From contig JAOAIL010000002.1 of assembly GCA_026414725.1 (NCBI GenBank), forward strand, positions 24,223 through 88,222: a DNA stretch of 64,000 nt, in the 5' to 3' direction. The notes under the pieces were generated by a model. That model was not told the origin of the DNA and searched no databases. It worked only from the letters and a program-made list of their open reading frames with translations. This stretch comes from a bacterium (GTDB lineage: Bacteria; Ratteibacteria; UBA8468; B48-G9; JAFGKM01). Below are positions 10,441 through 21,341 of this stretch, piece by piece (position 1 is the stretch's first letter; each line of letters starts with the position of its first letter). The translations under genes and the position numbers were made by a program.

Positions 10441-10512
10441 GCGGGGTAGCTCAGTGGCAGAGCAGCCGGCTCATACCCGGTATGTCGGGGGTTCAAGTCC
10501 CCCCCTCGCTAC
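10441..10512 (+). tRNA. tRNA-Met (CAU), elongator type, or possibly the lysidine-modified tRNA-Ile2
   Basis: Cloverleaf: acceptor GGCGGGG/CCTCGCT, D-arm GCTC-AGTGGCA-GAGC, anticodon loop CTCATAC, T-arm GGGGG-TTCAAGT-CCCCC. The anticodon stem lacks the three G:C pairs of initiator tRNAs. Confidence 0.8.
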
Positions 10513-10546
10513 TAAAGATGATTGATAAAATAAGGGATCTGTTATT

Positions 10547-11089
10547 ATGCTTACAGAGAGTCAGAAAAAAAATCTTTTAAAAATTGCACGAGAGACCCTT
10601 GAATATGTACTTTCAGGTAAAGAACTTCCACCAATTGAGTGTGATGACCCTGTTTTGAAAGAGAAAAGAGGGGTTTTTGTAACTTTAAAAAAGAATGGGG
10701 ATTTACGGGGTTGTATAGGTTATATTGAAGGAGTTGAACCTCTTGTAATGGCAGTGAGAGATATGGCTATCCAGTCAGCAACAGGAGATCCTCGTTTTCC
10801 TCCTGTAAGTTACAAAGAACTTAATGATATAGAAATTGAAATCTCTGTGCTTACTCCACTTATAAAAGTAAAAGATGCTGAAGAAATTGTACTAGGAAGG
10901 GATGGCGTTGTAATAAAAAAAGGATTCAGACAGGGTGTTTTTCTCCCTCAGGTAGCAGAAGAAACTGGATGGAGTAAAGAAGAGTTTTTATCTAATCTTT
11001 GTATGTATAAAGCAGGATTACCTCCTGATGCATGGAAAGAAAGAGATATAGAGATTTATACTTTTCAAGCAGAAGTTTTTTCTGAGTAG
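10547..11089 (+). CDS. AMMECR1 domain protein
   Basis: 180 aa. GVFVTLKKNGDLRGCIGY core motif of the AMMECR1 family. Confidence 0.8.
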   Translation: MLTESQKKNLLKIARETLEYVLSGKELPPIECDDPVLKEKRGVFVTLKKNGDLRGCIGYIEGVEPLVMAVRDMAIQSATGDPRFPPVSYKELNDIEIEISVLTPLIKVKDAEEIVLGRDGVVIKKGFRQGVFLPQVAEETGWSKEEFLSNLCMYKAGLPPDAWKERDIEIYTFQAEVFSE

Positions 11090-11106
11090 AAAAAAGAAGG
11101 GATAAC

Positions 11107-13119
11107 ATGGAAAAGGTAAAATATCATCTTCGTTTTCAGATTATTCCAAACAAGAATGTTAAGGCAGATACAAGAGCATTACTTGAATTCTGTCTTAAAC
11201 ACAGAATAGAGGAGGTGGTTCTATTTTTTGCAGGAGAAGAATGGAACAACGGTCTTCTTTCTAAGAAAGAAGAGGATATGTGGTTTGAAACAGTCAGGAC
11301 AGCAAAAGAACTACTTGAAGAAAAGGGTATAAAGGTCAGTTTAAATCCCTGGATGACTGTACTTCCCGCCGATAGAGGTAGAAGATTTCCTCCAGATAGA
11401 AGATTTAAGCCGATGGTATCTCCGTATGGAGAAAAGAGTAAAGCAACTGCTTCTTTTGCCGATAAAAATTGGCAGGAGTATATATACAATCTTTATGCAA
11501 GATTTTCATCTCTCGGGTTTCGTGTTATATGGATAGAAGATGATTTTAGGTATCACAATCATTCTCCTCTTACCTGGGGAGGTGGATTTGAAAAAGAAAT
11601 AATAGAGAGATTCAATAAGAAAATTAGGAAAGAAGTAAACAGGGAAGAAATTTTAAAAAATGTCCTGAAACCTGGCTCTCCGCATCCATGGCGTGGGAAA
11701 TGGATGGAGGTATGGAGGGAGGTGCAGTTAGAAGTTGCATCCAAGATAACAGAGGCGGTCAAAAAGAATGCAAAAGAGACAACCTGTATGGGACTTATGA
11801 GTTCCCATCCATCTTTTCATAGTATTGAAGGGAGGAGATGGTATGATCTCTTTAATATACTTACCATAGAAAATAAAGTAGTTCATAGACCTCATTTTGC
11901 ACCATACTGTGAATGTTTAGGGAAGGATAAAGTTTATTCTATTATGATGCTCTCTATCCAGAAGAAATTAAGACCCGCTTATTGTGAAGTTGAGCCTGAG
12001 ATAGAGAATTTTTCTTTTACTACATGGAACAAATCTGATACGCAAACATGGACAGATATGGCACTAGCAATGTTTTTTGGTTCTGATGCACTACTGTTGA
12101 ACCTTTTCCCTTTTGTAGGCAATCGTGTTGATGAAGAAAAAGGTATCGGAGAACTTCTTGATAGAAGTTATAAGTCACTCTCCTGGATTTCTAATAAATT
12201 CTCTAAGGAAGCTAACTTATTTGGAGTGGGAATACCGTGGAAGGAAGATGCAGCGGAAAGAGTAAAAACAGAAAAAGGAACTTCCCTGGATGGATTAGTA
12301 GTAGACCCCTTACCCGGATGGAAGTTTTTGTTATCTTTGGGTATCCCTGCTTCTCCTGATAGGCAAAAAGTAAATCTCATATTTGGTAATAACGCTTGGA
12401 CATTTGAAGAAGATGAGATAAAAGAAATGTTAAAGGGAGGAATGCTTCTTGATGGAGAAAGTGCAAGGATATTGTGTAAAAGAGGTTTTGAAAAATATAT
12501 CGGTGTTAAATATCTAAAGACGGTATCAAGAGAAGAATCTACTTATTCCCTTGAAGTTGTAAAAAATCGTAAAAGTGGAGTAAGAGAAGGTATCTATAAT
12601 ACAGTGAACCTCCTACCTGAATTTAATATATTTATCCCATTAGAAGATACAATCATCTGGACAGAAGTTATTACTCCAGAAAAGAAGATACTGGGACCAG
12701 GGATTACCCTCTATCAAAATTCTCTCGGAGGAAGAGTAGCAGTAGTAACATATGAACCTATTTTTTATGGAGGGTTTAACTTTTATAGACAGATTGTAGT
12801 ACAAAACATCATAAAATACCTTTATAAAGAAAATATCCCGTTCCCCATGATTTTAAATGGACCTTATCTTTTCCCAATGTTTTTTCACAGCGAAGATGGA
12901 GATAAACTGGTTGTGTTGAATGGTCATACAGATTCTATGAATGTAAAAATTGAAATTCCATGGAATAAGGTTCCTTCAACTACTACTTTTCTTCAACCAC
13001 TTAAAAATCCATACGATGATAAACTATTAAAAGAAAAAGATGGTAAAAAGTGTTTCTATAAAAATTCTTTATTACTGCCATATATGGGCTACTTGGTAGT
13101 AGAATTTAAAGAAAAATAA
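11107..13119 (+). CDS. uncharacterised 670-aa protein (possible TIM-barrel glycoside-hydrolase-like fold)
   Basis: Long clean ORF with good RBS spacing after the AMMECR1 gene. No recognisable motif. Coding status is firm, function unknown. Confidence 0.5.
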   Translation: MEKVKYHLRFQIIPNKNVKADTRALLEFCLKHRIEEVVLFFAGEEWNNGLLSKKEEDMWFETVRTAKELLEEKGIKVSLNPWMTVLPADRGRRFPPDRRFKPMVSPYGEKSKATASFADKNWQEYIYNLYARFSSLGFRVIWIEDDFRYHNHSPLTWGGGFEKEIIERFNKKIRKEVNREEILKNVLKPGSPHPWRGKWMEVWREVQLEVASKITEAVKKNAKETTCMGLMSSHPSFHSIEGRRWYDLFNILTIENKVVHRPHFAPYCECLGKDKVYSIMMLSIQKKLRPAYCEVEPEIENFSFTTWNKSDTQTWTDMALAMFFGSDALLLNLFPFVGNRVDEEKGIGELLDRSYKSLSWISNKFSKEANLFGVGIPWKEDAAERVKTEKGTSLDGLVVDPLPGWKFLLSLGIPASPDRQKVNLIFGNNAWTFEEDEIKEMLKGGMLLDGESARILCKRGFEKYIGVKYLKTVSREESTYSLEVVKNRKSGVREGIYNTVNLLPEFNIFIPLEDTIIWTEVITPEKKILGPGITLYQNSLGGRVAVVTYEPIFYGGFNFYRQIVVQNIIKYLYKENIPFPMILNGPYLFPMFFHSEDGDKLVVLNGHTDSMNVKIEIPWNKVPSTTTFLQPLKNPYDDKLLKEKDGKKCFYKNSLLLPYMGYLVVEFKEK

Positions 13120-13129
13120 AGGAGGACAG

Positions 13130-13621
13130 ATGAACTCTATATGGAAGAATGAAAAAAGGGTAGAGATAATGCTTGCTGGACTTGTGTTAATACTTGGGAT
13201 AGTACTTCTTATATCTGAGGTTCTAAAACCAAGTATTAAAATTGCTTCTGTTGATATGAACCGTATAGTGAACGAACATCCTGCAATGGAAGAAGCAGTT
13301 AAAACTTTTCACAAGGAACTTTCTAATCTGCAAAAAACAGTAGATAAAATGAATGAGAAAGAAAAAATAAAACAACAGCAGAGGATACAACAAGAGATTT
13401 CACAGATTGCTATAAGGTTACAGAATGAAGCAATGGCGAAAATAACAAAGGATATTGAAAATTTAGCTAAAAAACAAGGATATTCATATGTAGTGGATAA
13501 GGGCGCGGTTATTGTTGGTGGAAAAGATATAACAGAAGATATCCTTAACGCTATAAGGAAGAATAAAACAGAGGAAAAGAAAGCAGAAGTCCCGGATATG
13601 CCAATGATACCTGTGAAATAG
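13130..13621 (+). CDS. skp: periplasmic chaperone Skp/OmpH family
   Basis: 163 aa. N-terminal signal anchor, IASVDMNRIVNE start typical of OmpH, long coiled-coil Lys/Gln-rich arm. Confidence 0.7.
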   Translation: MNSIWKNEKRVEIMLAGLVLILGIVLLISEVLKPSIKIASVDMNRIVNEHPAMEEAVKTFHKELSNLQKTVDKMNEKEKIKQQQRIQQEISQIAIRLQNEAMAKITKDIENLAKKQGYSYVVDKGAVIVGGKDITEDILNAIRKNKTEEKKAEVPDMPMIPVK

Positions 13622-13623
13622 TT

Positions 13624-14214
13624 TTGGGGTATAATGTATATAAAGCAGAAAGGGAAAATATGAACAGAAGAGAAAGAATGTTAATATACATATTAACTTG
13701 TATTCTGATACTGACGGCAGGTGTTTTTATCTTCATTAAAAAAACTATAAGTCCAAAAGTTGTTTTTATTTTTCTTCTGGGATATAACGAAGAAACCAAA
13801 ACAACTTATCTGACACCTGTGAAGAGAAGTATTTCAAAAGCAGGGGATTTGGAGACAAAAATAAAGATGGCGATAGAACTTCTACTCCAGGGACCGGATG
13901 ACAGTGAGAAACAACAAGGTTTAAATACTGCCATGCCGGAAAATGCATCAATTATAAATGTTAAAGTGGAAGGAGGTATTGCATTCATTGACTTTTCAAA
14001 AGAGATAGAACAGGGCGGAGGAACCATGCTTATGACTGACAGATTAGCACAGATTGTTTATACTGCAACTCAGTTTCCACCTGTTGAAAAGGTAAGAATA
14101 CTTATAAATGGAGAATTTATAAAGTATTTTAGTGGAGAGGGAATTACAGATGTAGAAAAACCTATAGGCAGGGATAACTTTAACTATGAGATAAAATATG
14201 AAACAGGAGGATAA
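13624..14214 (+). CDS. GerMN domain-containing membrane protein
   Basis: 196 aa. TM anchor then a GerMN-like domain (LLQGPDD..., GIAFIDFSKEI..., PVEKVRILINGE). Confidence 0.55.
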   Translation: MGYNVYKAERENMNRRERMLIYILTCILILTAGVFIFIKKTISPKVVFIFLLGYNEETKTTYLTPVKRSISKAGDLETKIKMAIELLLQGPDDSEKQQGLNTAMPENASIINVKVEGGIAFIDFSKEIEQGGGTMLMTDRLAQIVYTATQFPPVEKVRILINGEFIKYFSGEGITDVEKPIGRDNFNYEIKYETGG

Positions 14215-14217
14215 AAT

Positions 14218-14418
14218 ATGAAAGAGAAAATACATCCAGAATACAGAGAATCAACAATTGTATGTGTATGCGGAAATATAGTAAAGACCCGTTCTACAAA
14301 ACCAGAAATTAAAGTAGAGATATGTTCAAACTGCCATCCCTTTTTTACAGGAAAACATAAACTTGTAGATACCACAGGAAGAGTGGAAAAATTCAAGAAA
14401 AGGTATGGAAATAAATAA
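14218..14418 (+). CDS. rpmE: 50S ribosomal protein L31
   Basis: 66 aa. MKEKIHPEY start and CxxC...CxxC(H) zinc ribbon. Confidence 0.9.
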   Translation: MKEKIHPEYRESTIVCVCGNIVKTRSTKPEIKVEICSNCHPFFTGKHKLVDTTGRVEKFKKRYGNK

Positions 14419-15466
14419 TGTAAGAGATACTATAGAAAGCAAACTACATGAAATAACAGAGGAATATGAAAAACTCCTTAAATTAATTACTTCTGGTAGC
14501 GCTACATCAGATGAATTTAAAGATGCTGTAAAAAAATTAAAAGAATTAGAGGTAATTGTCAATCTTCAAAGAGAAAAGGAAAGAATAGAAAAAAAATTAC
14601 AGGATGCTATAGAGATTCTCAATACAGATGATTCTGAAATCAGAAAACTTGCAGAAGATGAAAAGGAAGAACTTCTAATAGAAAAAAATAGAATAGATAC
14701 AGAAATAAAAAGGTTTTTATTTCCAGAAAATCCAGAAGATTATAAAAATGCAATAATGGAACTTAGAGCAGGGGTTGGTGGAGAAGAAGCATCTCTTTTT
14801 GTAAAAGACCTTCTAAGAATGTATACAAGATTCTGTGAAAAAAAGGGGTATGAAATAGAGATATTGAGTACAAGTCGTTCTGAAAAAGGCGGTTTTAAAG
14901 AGATTATTTTCCTTATTAAGGGTAAAGGTGCTTACAGTGATTTTAAATATGAAGGTGGAGTTCACAGAGTTCAGAGAATACCTAAAACAGAAAGTTATGG
15001 AAGAATTCATACATCTGCTGCCACAGTTGCTGTATTTCCTGAAATGGAAGAAAAAGAACTCAGGATAGACCCGGGTGATATTAAAATAGATACATTCAGG
15101 TCTTCAGGAGCAGGTGGACAGAAAGTAAATAAAACGTCATCAGCAGTAAGAATTACACATATCCCAACAGGTATTGTTGTAAACTGTCAAGATGAAAGGT
15201 CACAGATACAAAATAAAGTTAAAGCACTTAAGATTTTAAGAGCGCGCCTTCAAAATCTATATAAAACAGAAATGAAAAAGAAAATTGATACCGAAAGAAA
15301 AGAGTGCGTTAAAACAGGTGAGAGAAGTGAAAAAATAAGAACTTACAATTTCCCTCAGAATCGGCTTACAGACCATAGAATTGGACTTACATTATATAAC
15401 CTTGATAGAATAATGGAAGGAGAAATGGAAGAATTAATAGAAACATTAAGGAGGCAATTGCAATGA
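14405..15466 (+). CDS. prfA: peptide chain release factor 1
   Basis: 353 aa. GGQ motif ([11 protein letters not shown]). RF1-type codon-recognition tripeptide region ([20 protein letters not shown]). Followed downstream by prmC. Confidence 0.9.
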   Translation: MEINNVRDTIESKLHEITEEYEKLLKLITSGSATSDEFKDAVKKLKELEVIVNLQREKERIEKKLQDAIEILNTDDSEIRKLAEDEKEELLIEKNRIDTEIKRFLFPENPEDYKNAIMELRAGVGGEEASLFVKDLLRMYTRFCEKKGYEIEILSTSRSEKGGFKEIIFLIKGKGAYSDFKYEGGVHRVQRIPKTESYGRIHTSAATVAVFPEMEEKELRIDPGDIKIDTFRSSGAGGQKVNKTSSAVRITHIPTGIVVNCQDERSQIQNKVKALKILRARLQNLYKTEMKKKIDTERKECVKTGERSEKIRTYNFPQNRLTDHRIGLTLYNLDRIMEGEMEELIETLRRQLQ

Positions 15467-17316
15467 AAAAAATATCTATTTATATAATATTTTTTAGTAT
15501 GTGCCTTTCTCTATTATATGCCGACTATACAGACTTCATAAAAGAAGGAATATTACTACTTAACCAGAAAAGAATATCAGAATCTATAAAAGCATTTGAA
15601 AAAGCCAGGGATATGAAACCATCAGACCCTTATGCATATTTTTATCTGGGAGAGGCGTATTATGCAATAGGGAAGAAGAAAGAAGCACTTGACAATTATA
15701 ATAAAGCCGTTGAGATAGATAATACCAATCCTGATTTCTATTATTCTATTGCTAATTTTTATTTATCAGAAGGAAACTATGAAGAGGCGATTAAATCACT
15801 GGATAAAGTAATAGAAATTGCCCCAGCATCAATAAAGGGTAAATCAGCGAGAAAGTTAAAAGAAGAAATCCAGAGACAACTAGAAAATAGAGAGATGTTG
15901 CAAAAATGGGCTAAGATGGAGGAAGAAATAAAAAAACAGAAAGAAGAAAAAAAGGAAGAACAAAAACAAGAACCATTTCCAGGTCCTCCAGGAGCAGCAG
16001 TATTACCTCCTGAATTCACTGGAATGATACCTGGAGAGGCAACTGGAGTAAAGGAAGAAAAACTTCCTGTAGAACAACTTGTCAAAAGGATAAAATTTGG
16101 TACAGCAACTACAAGACAAAATGCATCAACACTCTTACTTGCTTATGAACAATCAGAACTGTTAAAGGTGGTTCCTGACATAATAGAAATTATAAAACAG
16201 AATAATGAACCAGCTATAAGAAAAAATCTCATACTGGCACTCGGAAAAACAGAAACACCTGATTCTATTGATACTATACTCAAAATTATTCAGGATAAAA
16301 ACGAACTCTATGATATAAAAATTACTGCCCTTGATAGTATTTCCAAAATCAAATCCGAAAGTGTAATTGTCACCTTAAGAAATACATTAAAATCAATACT
16401 GGATAAAAGGGAAAACGAAAGGATTGAAGCACAAAAAAATATCAAGGATATAACATCAAAATTAGAAACACTTGAAGCACAAAAAATTGCTCTGAATATG
16501 CAGTTAACACAGGAAGAACAAAAAAGAAATGAAATTATGCAAAAATTACAGATGAGTGACCTTCCTTCTGAATTCGCAGTACCTCCAGGCATACCTCAAC
16601 CAGGAGGTAATAAATCTTTAAGCATTCAGGAAATACAAAAAATAAGGAATGAAATGCTTAAAACAGAAACCTCTATAAACAAAAAAAGAGAAGACCTTGC
16701 TAAAACAGACCAGCAAATTATAGAGTTACAACAACAAAAAAGCAGATATGAAGCGTTATTGCAAGCAAGAGAACAGAAAAGGACAGATATTGTTGTGACA
16801 ACCAGTTCTACTCCAGTTACTGCTTTAGCCCCAAGAACTGGCGTTCCAGTTGGTCCTCCTGGTTTTGAAACAGGAATGCCTACAGAAATAGCAAGGTACG
16901 AAGAAACTCCTGAAGACAAAAATGAAGTTGTATTTGCACTAAAACTTATAAGAACCCTCGGTAAGATGAGGGATAGACAAGGATTATCCATTATTAAGAA
17001 AGGATGGGAAGAATTTGGTGTAGAAAATGAGCAAATATATTATTTGCTGACTCTCGCACGTTTAGGTGACTTTACTGGAATACAGACACTTATTAGCCGA
17101 CTCGGCCAGGACTATCCTAATGGAGAAGTAGAACTTAGAGAAGAGATAGACCTCCGTAAAGGTATTATAGAGATATTGGGTGAATATATTACTCAAAAAC
17201 CAGATCCACAACTGCAGGGTTTAATTGAATTTTTAAGTGAAGAAGGTATTTATCCTGATATAAAAGAAATGGCTTCAAGTGTGCTTGTATCCATTACAAA
17301 AAATCCAGGTAAGTAA
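15463..17316 (+). CDS. TPR / HEAT-repeat protein with central coiled coil and Pro/Gly-rich segments
   Basis: 617 aa. Signal peptide, TPR motifs at the N-terminus, long Lys/Glu coiled coil, collagen-like PGPPG patches, C-terminal HEAT/PBS-lyase-like repeats. Confidence 0.6.
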   Translation: MKKISIYIIFFSMCLSLLYADYTDFIKEGILLLNQKRISESIKAFEKARDMKPSDPYAYFYLGEAYYAIGKKKEALDNYNKAVEIDNTNPDFYYSIANFYLSEGNYEEAIKSLDKVIEIAPASIKGKSARKLKEEIQRQLENREMLQKWAKMEEEIKKQKEEKKEEQKQEPFPGPPGAAVLPPEFTGMIPGEATGVKEEKLPVEQLVKRIKFGTATTRQNASTLLLAYEQSELLKVVPDIIEIIKQNNEPAIRKNLILALGKTETPDSIDTILKIIQDKNELYDIKITALDSISKIKSESVIVTLRNTLKSILDKRENERIEAQKNIKDITSKLETLEAQKIALNMQLTQEEQKRNEIMQKLQMSDLPSEFAVPPGIPQPGGNKSLSIQEIQKIRNEMLKTETSINKKREDLAKTDQQIIELQQQKSRYEALLQAREQKRTDIVVTTSSTPVTALAPRTGVPVGPPGFETGMPTEIARYEETPEDKNEVVFALKLIRTLGKMRDRQGLSIIKKGWEEFGVENEQIYYLLTLARLGDFTGIQTLISRLGQDYPNGEVELREEIDLRKGIIEILGEYITQKPDPQLQGLIEFLSEEGIYPDIKEMASSVLVSITKNPGK

Positions 17317-17319
17317 AAA

Positions 17320-18165
17320 ATGGACCCAAAAGATATTGTTGAAAGAGCAACCACTTTTTTACAGAAGAATAACATAGAAGAACCTCGCAAAAATGCAGAA
17401 ATTATCCTTTCTTATATCCTTAATAAACCAATCTGCTATATATATACTGACAATTTTATTCTTCCTACTGAAATTATAAAATCATATAACAATCTTCTTA
17501 TAAAAAGAGCAAAAGGTATTCCATTACAATATCTTACAAAAAGAGTAAATTTTTATGGATATGATTTTTTTATACAGAAAGGTGTTTTTATCCCGAGATC
17601 TGAAACTGAAATACTTGTTGAAAAAACGATAGAAATATACGAAAGATTTTACAAAGGTGAAAATGTAAAAATATTAGATATAGGAACAGGTTGTGGAAAT
17701 ATTGCAATTGTTATTGCGAAGGAGATAAAAAACTGTCGTATCATAGCAACAGATATCTCTGCAAAAGCGTTAAAAACTGCCTTAAATAACGCAAAAAAGT
17801 ATAAAGTTAAAACCAAAATACAATTTTTAAAGACAGATATTTTCCCTCTCCAAAAGGTAAAATTTCATATAATAGTGAGTAATCCACCTTATATTCCTTC
17901 TTCTGAAATAGAAACTCTCCCAAGAGAAGTTCAGAATGAACCTTCAAAGGCACTTTCTGGTGGTAGTGATGGTCTCGATGTAATAAAAAGGATTTTGAAA
18001 TATGCTAATGCTTTTCTTAATAATAGAGGTTTTTTGTTGATGGAAATAGGCGATAGACAGAGACAACACATAGAAAGAATAAAAACTGATATGGAATTGA
18101 TAAAATTTGTAAAAGATTTTACAGGAATTGACAGAATAGCAATTTTCAGTAAAAAGCAGATTTGA
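17320..18165 (+). CDS. prmC: release factor glutamine N5-methyltransferase
   Basis: 281 aa. SAM-binding DIGTGCG and NPPY catalytic motif (VSNPPYIP). Confidence 0.85.
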   Translation: MDPKDIVERATTFLQKNNIEEPRKNAEIILSYILNKPICYIYTDNFILPTEIIKSYNNLLIKRAKGIPLQYLTKRVNFYGYDFFIQKGVFIPRSETEILVEKTIEIYERFYKGENVKILDIGTGCGNIAIVIAKEIKNCRIIATDISAKALKTALNNAKKYKVKTKIQFLKTDIFPLQKVKFHIIVSNPPYIPSSEIETLPREVQNEPSKALSGGSDGLDVIKRILKYANAFLNNRGFLLMEIGDRQRQHIERIKTDMELIKFVKDFTGIDRIAIFSKKQI

Positions 18166-18219
18166 CGAATTCATCATAAATGTTAAAATTTTTAATTACA
18201 TTACAAGAGGTGTGTAATA

Positions 18220-19479
18220 ATGGATAAATTCATTGTAACAGGGGGTAAAAAACTTTCAGGGTGTGTTGAAATATCTGGTTCTAAGAATGCTGCCTTACCT
18301 ATTATATCAGCCGCACTTCTCGGTAATGATAAAACCGTTCTTCATAATGTGCCAGATGTCAGAGATATACGAACAATCATAAAAATCCTTGAATATCTGG
18401 GTGCCTGTGTTAAATATGAAAAAAACACCCTTGAAATAGACCCATCAGGAATAAATAAATTTACAGCCCCTTATGAATTTGTAAGCACAATGCGTGGTTC
18501 TATATGTCTCTTAGGACCGCTACTTGCAAAATATGGTAAAGTAAAATTTTCTATGCCTGGTGGATGTGTAATAGGAACAAGACCTATTGACCTCCATATC
18601 AAAGGATTAAAAAAACTTGGAGTAGATATAGATACAGAAGAAGGATATATTGTAGGTAAGGTTAAAAAATTAAAGGGCGCAAATATATTTTTAGGTGGAA
18701 ATTTCGGTTCAAGTGTTCTTGCAACTGCCAATGTAATGAGCGCTGCGGTACTGGCTGAGGGAGAGACAATAATTGAATTTGCATCCTGTGAACCTGAAAT
18801 TGTAGACCTCGCAAGATTCTTAAAAAATATGGGAGCAAAGATATATGGTGAAGGGTCCCACTGTATCAGAATAGAAGGGGTAAAAAAACTGAAAGGGATA
18901 GAATACTCTATAATTCCTGACAGGATAGAAGCCGGTACATATGTACTTGCTGGATGTATTACCTCAAGCAAAATTACAATAAAAAATTTTATTCCATCTC
19001 ATCTCTTCTCTTTTCTTGACAAAATAGAAGAAGCAGAAGTATCTTTTAAAACAGGTAATGATTTTATAAAAATATTTCCTGTAAGAAAATGGAAGTCGGT
19101 TGATATTGTTACTCTTCCTTATCCGGGATTCCCGACAGATATTCAGGCACAGATGACCGCATTTCTTACACTTGCAGATGGAATAAGCACTGTAACAGAA
19201 AAGGTTTTTCCAGAAAGATTTATCCACATTGGTGAACTTAATCGTCTTGGAGCGAATATTACCTTGGACGGGGCTAAAGCAGTAATAAAAGGTGTGAATA
19301 AACTTATCGGTGCAAAAACAATGGCATCTGACTTAAGGGCAAGTGCAGCAATAGTTCTTGCTGCTCTTGCAGCAGAAGGAACAACAGAAATAGCCAGGAT
19401 ATATCATCTTGATAGAGGATATGAAAAATTTGAAGAAAAGTTATCAGCATTAGGAGCTGATATAAGGAGAATAAGATGA
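18220..19479 (+). CDS. murA: UDP-N-acetylglucosamine 1-carboxyvinyltransferase
   Basis: 419 aa. Full-length EPSP-synthase-fold MurA with the catalytic Cys loop (PGGCVIGTRPID). Confidence 0.9.
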   Translation: MDKFIVTGGKKLSGCVEISGSKNAALPIISAALLGNDKTVLHNVPDVRDIRTIIKILEYLGACVKYEKNTLEIDPSGINKFTAPYEFVSTMRGSICLLGPLLAKYGKVKFSMPGGCVIGTRPIDLHIKGLKKLGVDIDTEEGYIVGKVKKLKGANIFLGGNFGSSVLATANVMSAAVLAEGETIIEFASCEPEIVDLARFLKNMGAKIYGEGSHCIRIEGVKKLKGIEYSIIPDRIEAGTYVLAGCITSSKITIKNFIPSHLFSFLDKIEEAEVSFKTGNDFIKIFPVRKWKSVDIVTLPYPGFPTDIQAQMTAFLTLADGISTVTEKVFPERFIHIGELNRLGANITLDGAKAVIKGVNKLIGAKTMASDLRASAAIVLAALAAEGTTEIARIYHLDRGYEKFEEKLSALGADIRRIR

Positions 19480-20540
19480 CACAACTTGAAATTTTCAAAG
19501 CAACAGTTTCTCATCAGCCACATTCGGACTTTCTTTTTTATGCCAGTTTTACTCCTGAAATCATAAAAAAAATAAAAGATAAATATGGAGTTGAAAAAGA
19601 TGCTGATATTAAAGAACTTTTCGGAATGTATGATCCCGTTGCATTACAACCACTTTATATTGAGAAACAACCCCTACCTGATTTTTCAAGATATTTTACA
19701 GATATTGAAAAACCAGAAGGTTCACATATAAACTGGTTAGGAGTACTGGAAATACCTGCAAAATTTTATCATTTTACTGGCTATATAAGCCCATTAAGAA
19801 ATGCAAAGTCATTTAAAGATATAGAAGAGTTCCCTTATCCTCCTTCAGAAGGATTTCAAATAACAGGATTGAAAGAAAAAGTTGAAGAAGCACATAAAAA
19901 CGGAAAAGTTGTTTGTACCTCGGTAGGACATATGTACGAAAACGCCTGGCAGGTAAGAGGCTATGAAGAATTCTTAATGGATATGATAGAACGGCCTGAA
20001 TGGTGTGAATACATACTGGACAGGTTCATGGAAAGAAATCTGAATGTAGCAACAATTGCTGCTTCTGCAGGGGTTGACTTTATAATAACCGGAGATGATG
20101 TAGCAAATCAGAATATACTGATGTTTTCACCGACAATGTGGAGAAGATTCATAAAAGAACGGTGGGCAAAGGTATATTCATCAGTAAAGTCAATTAAGCC
20201 GGATATCCAGATATGGTATCATAGTGATGGAAATATCAATACTATTATACCGGAACTTATAGAAATAGGAGTGACAATACTTAACCCTTTACAGCCTGAA
20301 TGCATGGATATTACAAAGATAAAAAAAGAATATGGTAAGCATCTGGTTTTTGATGGAACCATCGGAACCCAAACAACCATGCCTTTCAGTTCTCCTGAAG
20401 AAGTAAAAAATGTTATAAGGCAGAGAAAAAAAGAATTAGGATATGATGGTGCTCTTATCCTGGCTCCGACCCATGTATTGGAACCGGAAGTTCCACTGGA
20501 AAATATAGAAGCATTTATTTCAGCCTGTAAGGAGGCCTAA
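19476..20540 (+). CDS. uroporphyrinogen decarboxylase (URO-D) family protein, MtaA/CmuA-like
   Basis: 354 aa. URO-D fold signatures in the C-terminal half. Lacks the HemE N-terminal PxWxMRQAGR motif. Confidence 0.6.
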   Translation: MTQLEIFKATVSHQPHSDFLFYASFTPEIIKKIKDKYGVEKDADIKELFGMYDPVALQPLYIEKQPLPDFSRYFTDIEKPEGSHINWLGVLEIPAKFYHFTGYISPLRNAKSFKDIEEFPYPPSEGFQITGLKEKVEEAHKNGKVVCTSVGHMYENAWQVRGYEEFLMDMIERPEWCEYILDRFMERNLNVATIAASAGVDFIITGDDVANQNILMFSPTMWRRFIKERWAKVYSSVKSIKPDIQIWYHSDGNINTIIPELIEIGVTILNPLQPECMDITKIKKEYGKHLVFDGTIGTQTTMPFSSPEEVKNVIRQRKKELGYDGALILAPTHVLEPEVPLENIEAFISACKEA

Positions 20541-21341
20541 ATGGAAGATAAAACCAAAATAGTTGTATGCGGAGCGGAAGGGAAAATGGGTTCTCTTATA
20601 ATTCAGCTTGCCATACAGAAAAAAGAAGAGTTCATTGTAAAAGGTGGTGTGGAATATAAAGCCCATTCTTCCGTAGGTAAAACAAACTCTTCAGGAATAT
20701 TTATCTCCGATAATTTGTCTGATGTTATGAAAGGAGATGAAGTTGTAATAGATTTTTCTACTCCGGAAGGTGCAATAGAACATTTAAAAGAATGTAAAAT
20801 AAAAAAGACACCTTTTGTAACAGGAGTGACCGGATTCAACAGCGAAGATATGAAAATCTTAAAGGAATCTTCTTCTGACATACCTGTATTTTATTCACCT
20901 AATATGAGTATAGGGGTAAACCTTTTCTTTGAAATAATAAAGTTTTCGGCTAAAATTCTGAAGGAATATGAGATAGAAATATCAGAAATACACCACAAAT
21001 TTAAAAAAGATGCTCCCAGCGGGACTGCAAAAAAGATTGCAGATATTATATGCAATATTTTAAACAGAAAACCTGAAAAAGTGATAAAACATGGCAGAGC
21101 AGGACTGACTGGAATACGCGCTGTCGAAGAAATAGGTATCCATTCTCTCAGATTAGGTGATATCGTAGGGGAACATTATGTATATTTTGGAGGCAGTGGC
21201 GAGGTTATAGAAATTTCTCATAGATGTTATAACAGAACCGCTTTTGCATCAGGAGCACTTAAGGCCGCGTCTTTTATAAAGAATAAGAAAACAGGGTTTT
21301 ATACAATGGAAGATATACTACGGGAGGTAATGAATGTTTGA
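20541..21341 (+). CDS. dapB: 4-hydroxy-tetrahydrodipicolinate reductase
   Basis: 266 aa. Rossmann GAEGKMG and the DapB signature E(I)HHKFKKDAPSGTA. Confidence 0.85.
   Translation: MEDKTKIVVCGAEGKMGSLIIQLAIQKKEEFIVKGGVEYKAHSSVGKTNSSGIFISDNLSDVMKGDEVVIDFSTPEGAIEHLKECKIKKTPFVTGVTGFNSEDMKILKESSSDIPVFYSPNMSIGVNLFFEIIKFSAKILKEYEIEISEIHHKFKKDAPSGTAKKIADIICNILNRKPEKVIKHGRAGLTGIRAVEEIGIHSLRLGDIVGEHYVYFGGSGEVIEISHRCYNRTAFASGALKAASFIKNKKTGFYTMEDILREVMNV

Noticed and set aside
18471-18971. 166-aa minus-strand ORF inside murA
   Set aside because: Antisense shadow ORF.
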